64,000 nucleotides of DNA. It comes from an uncultured Anaerolineaceae bacterium (GTDB lineage Bacteria; Chloroflexota; Limnocylindria; Limnocylindrales; CSP1-4). This document shows positions 59,063-64,000 of this stretch, in pieces (position 1 is the stretch's first letter; every line of letters begins with the position of its first letter). The notes under the pieces are model-generated. The model searched no databases and was not told the origin of the DNA. It was given only the letters and a program-made list of their open reading frames with translations. The stretch spans positions 20,358 to 84,357 of the forward strand of contig CAZFGT010000005.1 of assembly GCA_964518505.1 (NCBI GenBank), read 5' to 3'. Made by a program: the position numbers and the translations under genes.

Positions 59063-59100
59063 GCGCTCACCTCCGCCGCGACTCTAGCGTCCGCGACGCC

Positions 59101-60186
59101 TCAGCGGACGGCGAAGATGCGCTCCAGCTCGTACGGCGGCGTCACCTCCAGCTGGTCGTACCGGCAGTCGCGGGGCAGACGATCAAGGCGCCAGCGACGG
59201 AAGGTCGCCCCGTGGCGGAAGCGGTCGCCCTGCAGGTGCTCGTAACCCACCTCGCAGACGCGCTCGACCCGCAGCGCCTCCCACGACAGGTCCTTGTCAC
59301 GGTTCCAGCGGCTGACGTTGCCGGGCATGCGCTGGCCGGCCGCCGCGGCATCCTCCGCCCATGAGGCCCACTCGGCCCACGGGTGGCCGTCGAGCGCGTG
59401 CTCCCGCAGTGGCGCCAGCTCCCGCACGAGCGCCGCCCGCTCGGCCATCGTGAAGCTGGAGGTCACGCCCACGTGGTGGAGCGCCCCGGCGTCGTCGTAC
59501 AGGCCCAGCAGGAGCGACCCGATGAGCGTGCCCGGGCCGTTCTTGTGCCAGCGGAAGCCGGCCACCGCACAGTCGGCCTCGCGGGCGTGCTTGATCTTGG
59601 CCATCGCCCGCTTGCCCGGCTGGTAGGGCGCACCGAGGGGCTTGGCCATGACGCCATCCAGCCCGGCCCCCTCGAAACGATGGAACCAGTCCGCCGCGAC
59701 GGCCGGGTCGCGAGAGGCGGGCGTGAGGTGGAGCGGCGGGCGCACGCCGCCCAGGACCGCCTCCAGGCGCGCCCGGCGCTCACCCTGGGGAACGTCGCGC
59801 AGGTCCTCGTCGTCCAGGGCCAGCAGATCCCATGCCACGAACGACGACGGGGTGCGCTCGGCCAGGAGCTTGACGCGCGAGGCCGCCGGATGGAGCCGCA
59901 GTTGAAGCGCCTCGAAATCGAGCCCGTGCGGCCCGGCGATGACGACCTCGCCGTCCACCACGCAGCGTTGCGGCAGGCCGGCCCGCAGCGCGAGGGCCAG
60001 TTCGGGGAAGTAGCGGTCGAGCGGCCGCAGGTCGCGGCTCTGCATCAGCAGTTCGTCCCCGTCGCGGAAGATGAGCGCGCGGAAGCCGTCCCACTTGGGC
60101 TCATAGAGCCAACCCGGTCCGGTCGGGATGGCCGGCAGCGGCTTGGACAGCATGGGCTCGAGGGGTGGCTGGACGGGCAGGCGCAT
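59101..60186 (-). CDS. ligC: ATP-dependent DNA ligase (LigC-type, adenylation plus OB domains)
   Basis: Motif I KWDGFR (EPKWDGFRA) and motifs III-V (FVAWDLL, DGVMAKP, AKIKH). 361 aa. GAGGAG RBS. Confidence 0.85.
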   Translation of the reverse strand: MRLPVQPPLEPMLSKPLPAIPTGPGWLYEPKWDGFRALIFRDGDELLMQSRDLRPLDRYFPELALALRAGLPQRCVVDGEVVIAGPHGLDFEALQLRLHPAASRVKLLAERTPSSFVAWDLLALDDEDLRDVPQGERRARLEAVLGGVRPPLHLTPASRDPAVAADWFHRFEGAGLDGVMAKPLGAPYQPGKRAMAKIKHAREADCAVAGFRWHKNGPGTLIGSLLLGLYDDAGALHHVGVTSSFTMAERAALVRELAPLREHALDGHPWAEWASWAEDAAAAGQRMPGNVSRWNRDKDLSWEALRVERVCEVGYEHLQGDRFRHGATFRRWRLDRLPRDCRYDQLEVTPPYELERIFAVR

Positions 60187-60265
60187 CGGTCGCTCCTCGT
60201 TGTGCGCGGCCAGCGTAAGCCCTCCCGTCGACCCGGCGCCGCCCGGGCGATGCTAGGCTCGGGGG

Positions 60266-61027
60266 ATGCCCTTGCCCGAGTCGTTCCGCGGCGACCCCTA
60301 CGCCGTGCTCGATGTGCCGCCCACGTCGACCGACGCGGCCATCAAGCGCCGCTGGCGGGAGCTGGCCCAGGAGCATCACCCCGACCGGGCGCGGGGCGAC
60401 GAGGCGGCGACGGCGACGCTCACCAAGCGCATGGCGCGGATCAACGCGGCCTACGAGCTCCTGCGCGACAAGGGACGCCGCGAACGCTACGACGTGATCC
60501 ACGGCACCCGTGGTCCGCGCGGGACCTGGGCGCCACCAGAGGGCAGCGGCCGCGAGACCCCCGTCGGTCCGCCGCCGCCGCGTCCGGGGCGGCCGGTCAC
60601 CGCCCGCTTCGATACCAGCGAGCACCTCCGGCCACGCAACGCCACCACCAGCCACGGCCCCTCGCCACTCAACGGGCACCGGCCGCGCAGCGCCCGGGAG
60701 CGGGCCGAAGCGCCCGAGCCGCTGCGCGCCAGCGATCCCAACGGGCCGGTGCACCGGCGGCGCCAGGGCGTCCGCTTGCGCCGCCCCACGCTTGCCGAGG
60801 CCCGGGAGCTGCCCCTGGAGTTCGGCAAGTTCCGCGGCCACACGCTGGGCCAGGTGGCCGACTTCGAGCCGACCTACATCGACTGGATCGCCGGCACGAT
60901 CACCCGCGACCGCGAGCTCGTCATGGGTGCACGCGTGCTGCAGGAGGACCTCGACGAGCGGGGCGTCGTGCGGCGGGTGCGCCCCATCACACCGCCCTTC
61001 GGCCACACGGGCACCGACCGGACATAG
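60266..61027 (+). CDS. J-domain (DnaJ-like) protein with C-terminal DUF3820-like domain
   Basis: PYAVLDVPPTSTDAAIKRRWRELAQEHHPDR (the HPD tripeptide). A Pro/Arg-rich linker is followed by a C-terminal LEFGKFRGHTLGQVADFEPTYIDWI motif. Confidence 0.65.
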   Translation: MPLPESFRGDPYAVLDVPPTSTDAAIKRRWRELAQEHHPDRARGDEAATATLTKRMARINAAYELLRDKGRRERYDVIHGTRGPRGTWAPPEGSGRETPVGPPPPRPGRPVTARFDTSEHLRPRNATTSHGPSPLNGHRPRSARERAEAPEPLRASDPNGPVHRRRQGVRLRRPTLAEARELPLEFGKFRGHTLGQVADFEPTYIDWIAGTITRDRELVMGARVLQEDLDERGVVRRVRPITPPFGHTGTDRT

Positions 61028-61029
61028 GA

Positions 61030-61060
61030 CGAGACCCCGGTCAGGGTGACCGGGGTCTCG
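61030..61060. terminator. strong bidirectional stem-loop (14-bp perfect GC-rich stem, 3-nt loop) immediately after the J-domain gene stop, between convergent genes
   Basis: CGAGACCCCGGTCA-GGG-TGACCGGGGTCTCG. Confidence 0.6.
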
Positions 61061-61365
61061 TGATCGATCGCGGTTCGATGATTGCCGCCGTCTCGCTCGT
61101 TCGGCCGGCCCGGATGGCCGGTTGAGCCTGTTACTCGACCCGTTGCCTGGGTCCGGCGTCCTCCATGCACCTCGTCGCCGAGGTCCCTGAAACGCGGAGG
61201 TCGCATCCGTTCCCTGGCCCGGTCGTCGACGCCTCGGGTGCGCATCCGGCACTTGAGCGCGACGGCATGGGCCCACGGTAGGGCTCCACCACGGGCGCGG
61301 CAATGAGGTGTGGGTACCCGGCCCCGCCGTACCAAGGTCGATGGCGTGAACGCACCAACATGGGG

Positions 61366-63984
61366 TCAGCTGGCGGCGGGCAGGCTGGTCGCCCCGACCC
61401 CCAGGAGTGTCTCCAGGTCCTCGGCCGGCATCGGGCGGCCGAACAGATAGCCCTGTCCGCGGTCGCAGCCGACGGCCAGCAGGGCGGCGCGGGCGGCCGG
61501 TGTCTCGATGCCCTCGGCCACGACTTCGATGTTGAGGGCGTGGGCCAGACGCACCACCGCCTCCACGATGGCCAGGTTGCGTTCGGTCTCCCGCCCGACG
61601 ACGAAGGAGCGGTCGATCTTGAGGACCTCGACGGGCATCGTGCGCAAGGTGCTGAGTGATGAGAAGCCGGTGCCGAAGTCGTCGAGGGCGATGGCGACGC
61701 CCAGGCGGCGCAGGTTGCGCAGGGCGGTACCGGCCCGCTCGGAGAGGTCGATGATCATCGACTCGGTGATCTCGAGGTGCAGGGCGCCCGGTGCCAGGCG
61801 TGTCTCGGCCAGGCTGCGCGCCACGCGCTCCGCCAGGTCGGCCTGCTGGAGCTGGCGCACCGACAGGTTGACGCTCAGCGTCATCTCGCGGGAGAACGGG
61901 TACTGCTCGCGCCAGGCATGGACCTGGCGGGCGGACGTGTCGAGGACCCATTGCCCGATGGGCAGGATCAGGCCCGTCTCCTCGGCGACCTGCACGAACG
62001 CGCCCGGCAGCAGCAGACCGCGGCGGGGGTGCTGCCAGCGCACCAGCGCCTCGACGCCCACGAGACGCCCGTCGGCCAGGTCGACCTCGGGCTGGTAGTG
62101 GATGCGCAGCTCGCCCCGCTCCAGCGCGTGGCGGAGGTCGCCCTCCAGCTCCAGGCGCTCCATGGCCCGGCTGTTCATGGCTTCGTCGTAGACCACGAAG
62201 TGGTTGCGGCCCTGGGCCTTCGCCCGGTTGAGGGCCACGTCGGCCTGGCGCATCAGCTCCCCGGCCTTGGTCACCCCCGGCGTGCCGAAGGCGATGCCCA
62301 CGCTGGCGGTCACGAACAGCTCCTGGCCCTGCAGGTCGAAGGCCGCCCGCGTCGCCTCCACCAGCCGACCGGCCACGCGCATGGCGTCCCCCGGAGCCCG
62401 CAGGTCGTCGAGCAGGACGGTGAACTCGTCGCCGCCCAGCCGCGCGATCGTGTCGCCCGGACGGGCGACCGTCGAGAGACGCCGCGCCAGCTGGATCAGC
62501 AGCTCATCGCCCGCCACGTGGCCCAGGCTGTCGTTGACCACCTTGAAGTTGTCGACGTCCAGGAAAAGGACGGCCACCGACCCGAGGGCACGGCGTCGAC
62601 CGAGCGTCTGCTCGAGGCGGTCGCGGAAGAGGGTCCGGTTGGGCAGGCGGGTCAGCTCGTCGTGCAGCGTCTGCCGCGCCAGCTCCGCCTCGAGGCGGCG
62701 GCGGTCGGTCACATCGACGGCCAGCACGAGGCGCTGGTCCTGCCCGCCGTCGTCGATCGCATGCGCCGTGAGCTCGACGTCGATGGCCGAGCCATCGCTG
62801 GTGCGATGGCGCGCCAGGTACGGGCGGCCCATGTCGTCGGCCTCGATGCGCGCCAGGTCATCGGCGTACGTGGCGCCGTCGTCAGCCAGCCAGATGTCGG
62901 CCAGCGAGCGAGCCAGGAAATCGTCGCGCGCGTAGCCGTAGGCCCGCACGGCTGCGTCGTTGACCGCCAGGATGCGGTGGGTGGCCGGGTCGTGGACCCA
63001 CATCGGCTGGGGGTTGTTCTCGAACAGCAGGCGGTAGCGCCGCTCGCTCGCGCCGAGGGCCGCCGCCGAGCGGGTCCGCTCGTCGACCTGCTCCTGCAAC
63101 GCCGCGTAGAGCCGGGCGTGCTCCAGCGCCAACGACGCCAGCTGGGCCAGGCGGTCGAGGCGCGCCAGGTCGTCGGCGGAGAACCGCCGCGCCGGGTCGA
63201 GGTGGCTCAGGCCGATGACGCCCACCACCTGGCCGCCCGAGGTGAGCGGCGCGCCCGCCAGGGCGTGGTAGCCCAGGTCGGCGTAGGCCGGCGCCCGCCC
63301 CGCGAACGTGCTGTAGTCGTCGACCGCGAACGCCTGACCGGTGGCCCACACCCGCCCCGCGACGCCTTGGCCGCGCTGCAGCGGCACGCGTTCCTCGTCG
63401 GCGAAGACGCCGATGCCGATGACCACCCGCAGCTGCTGGCTGGCCTCGTCGAGCAGGTAGATGTACCCGTGGGGCGTGTCCAGGAGGGCCGCCGCGCGGG
63501 TCACGATGGAGCGCAGGACGCGATCCGGGTCCAGGCCGGCCATCAGCTCCAGGGCGGTGTCGTTGAGGGCCGCCAGCTCCTCACGCTGGCGGCGCGCCTC
63601 GTCCTCCACCTCGTGGCGTGCGGTGAAGTCGCTGAAGGTCGAGACGACGCCGGTGAGCTCGCCCTGGGCATCGCGCAGGGGGCTGGCGTTGACGATGAGC
63701 CAGCGCCGGCCGCCACCGACCGGGTCCAGGTTGCCGAGCACCATCTCGCGCACCGGCTCGCCGGTCGCCAGCACGCGACAGGCGGGCAGGTCGGCCAGGT
63801 CGTAGGGGGTGCCGTCCTCGTGGGTGATGTCCCACCCGCCGTCGCGCAGCCCGTGACCCAGCAGGGCGCCCTCGGGCACGCCCATGAGGCGCCACGCGGC
63901 GCTGTTGCCGTAGCGGAAGCTGGTGTCAGGCGCCTGGATCGTCACGCCCACGGGCAGGTCGGCGACGAGCGTGGCGCTGCTCAC
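61366..63984 (-). CDS. PAS-GAF-PAS-GGDEF-EAL multidomain c-di-GMP turnover protein
   Basis: 872 aa. The GGDEF active site reads RLGGDEF, with the upstream nucleotide-binding block ([14 protein letters not shown]). EAL motifs ([22 protein letters not shown]). A GAF region in the N-terminal half. Confidence 0.85.
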   Translation of the reverse strand: MSSATLVADLPVGVTIQAPDTSFRYGNSAAWRLMGVPEGALLGHGLRDGGWDITHEDGTPYDLADLPACRVLATGEPVREMVLGNLDPVGGGRRWLIVNASPLRDAQGELTGVVSTFSDFTARHEVEDEARRQREELAALNDTALELMAGLDPDRVLRSIVTRAAALLDTPHGYIYLLDEASQQLRVVIGIGVFADEERVPLQRGQGVAGRVWATGQAFAVDDYSTFAGRAPAYADLGYHALAGAPLTSGGQVVGVIGLSHLDPARRFSADDLARLDRLAQLASLALEHARLYAALQEQVDERTRSAAALGASERRYRLLFENNPQPMWVHDPATHRILAVNDAAVRAYGYARDDFLARSLADIWLADDGATYADDLARIEADDMGRPYLARHRTSDGSAIDVELTAHAIDDGGQDQRLVLAVDVTDRRRLEAELARQTLHDELTRLPNRTLFRDRLEQTLGRRRALGSVAVLFLDVDNFKVVNDSLGHVAGDELLIQLARRLSTVARPGDTIARLGGDEFTVLLDDLRAPGDAMRVAGRLVEATRAAFDLQGQELFVTASVGIAFGTPGVTKAGELMRQADVALNRAKAQGRNHFVVYDEAMNSRAMERLELEGDLRHALERGELRIHYQPEVDLADGRLVGVEALVRWQHPRRGLLLPGAFVQVAEETGLILPIGQWVLDTSARQVHAWREQYPFSREMTLSVNLSVRQLQQADLAERVARSLAETRLAPGALHLEITESMIIDLSERAGTALRNLRRLGVAIALDDFGTGFSSLSTLRTMPVEVLKIDRSFVVGRETERNLAIVEAVVRLAHALNIEVVAEGIETPAARAALLAVGCDRGQGYLFGRPMPAEDLETLLGVGATSLPAAS

Positions 63985-64000
63985 ATCCGGGGCGTGCGGG

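Overview
High-GC (roughly 70%+) chromosomal segment from an actinobacterium-like or Chloroflexi-like bacterium; the lineage is unresolved. Coding density is high and many adjacent genes overlap by 4 bp (ATGA/GTGA), which suggests translational coupling. Because of the GC content, the ORF track is full of long antisense shadow ORFs and spurious N-terminal extensions. I called genes from conserved motifs and trimmed starts to plausible RBS-supported codons; all coordinates are hand-counted.

Housekeeping content: trpE-trpG-trpD (trpD runs off the 5' edge), apparently behind a Trp-type T-box leader. A large pyruvate:ferredoxin oxidoreductase is coupled to a dihydroorotate-dehydrogenase-like gene. 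A GH18-like protein is fused to three CWB2 repeats. A cluster holds tRNA-Ser(UGA), RDD, serS, class I lysyl-tRNA synthetase and greA. Also present: argR, uppP, H+-pyrophosphatase, a sugar ABC importer without an ATPase, lepB, ndk, an M16 peptidase, an NCS2 permease, coaX-coaBC and gdh. One operon reads B12-binding mutase small subunit, meaB, 3-hydroxybutyryl-CoA dehydrogenase, thiolase, degV. There is an ECF sigma/anti-sigma pair, a LigC-type DNA ligase, a J-domain protein, and three PAS/GAF-EAL c-di-GMP proteins, two of them clear paralogs.

Candidate accessory content: (1) At 28.4-33.6 kb, a locally lower-GC module of an F420-type (DUF385) reductase fused to DUF4260, a DUF4386 membrane protein, and a strongly RBS-supported 96-aa unknown ORF, downstream of a 905-aa LAL/MalT-type LuxR regulator and preceded by a cluster of repeated 10-11 bp GGTGA motifs. 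(2) At 33.9-36.0 kb, an arsM / arsR-eamA arsenic-methylation cassette with an AT-rich nested palindromic operator.

Several intergenic regions carry unexplained repeats or structured elements. The most notable is a 410-bp spacer at 49.6-50.0 kb with four GTGAAC-containing repeats. No CRISPR array, transposase or integrase was recognised.
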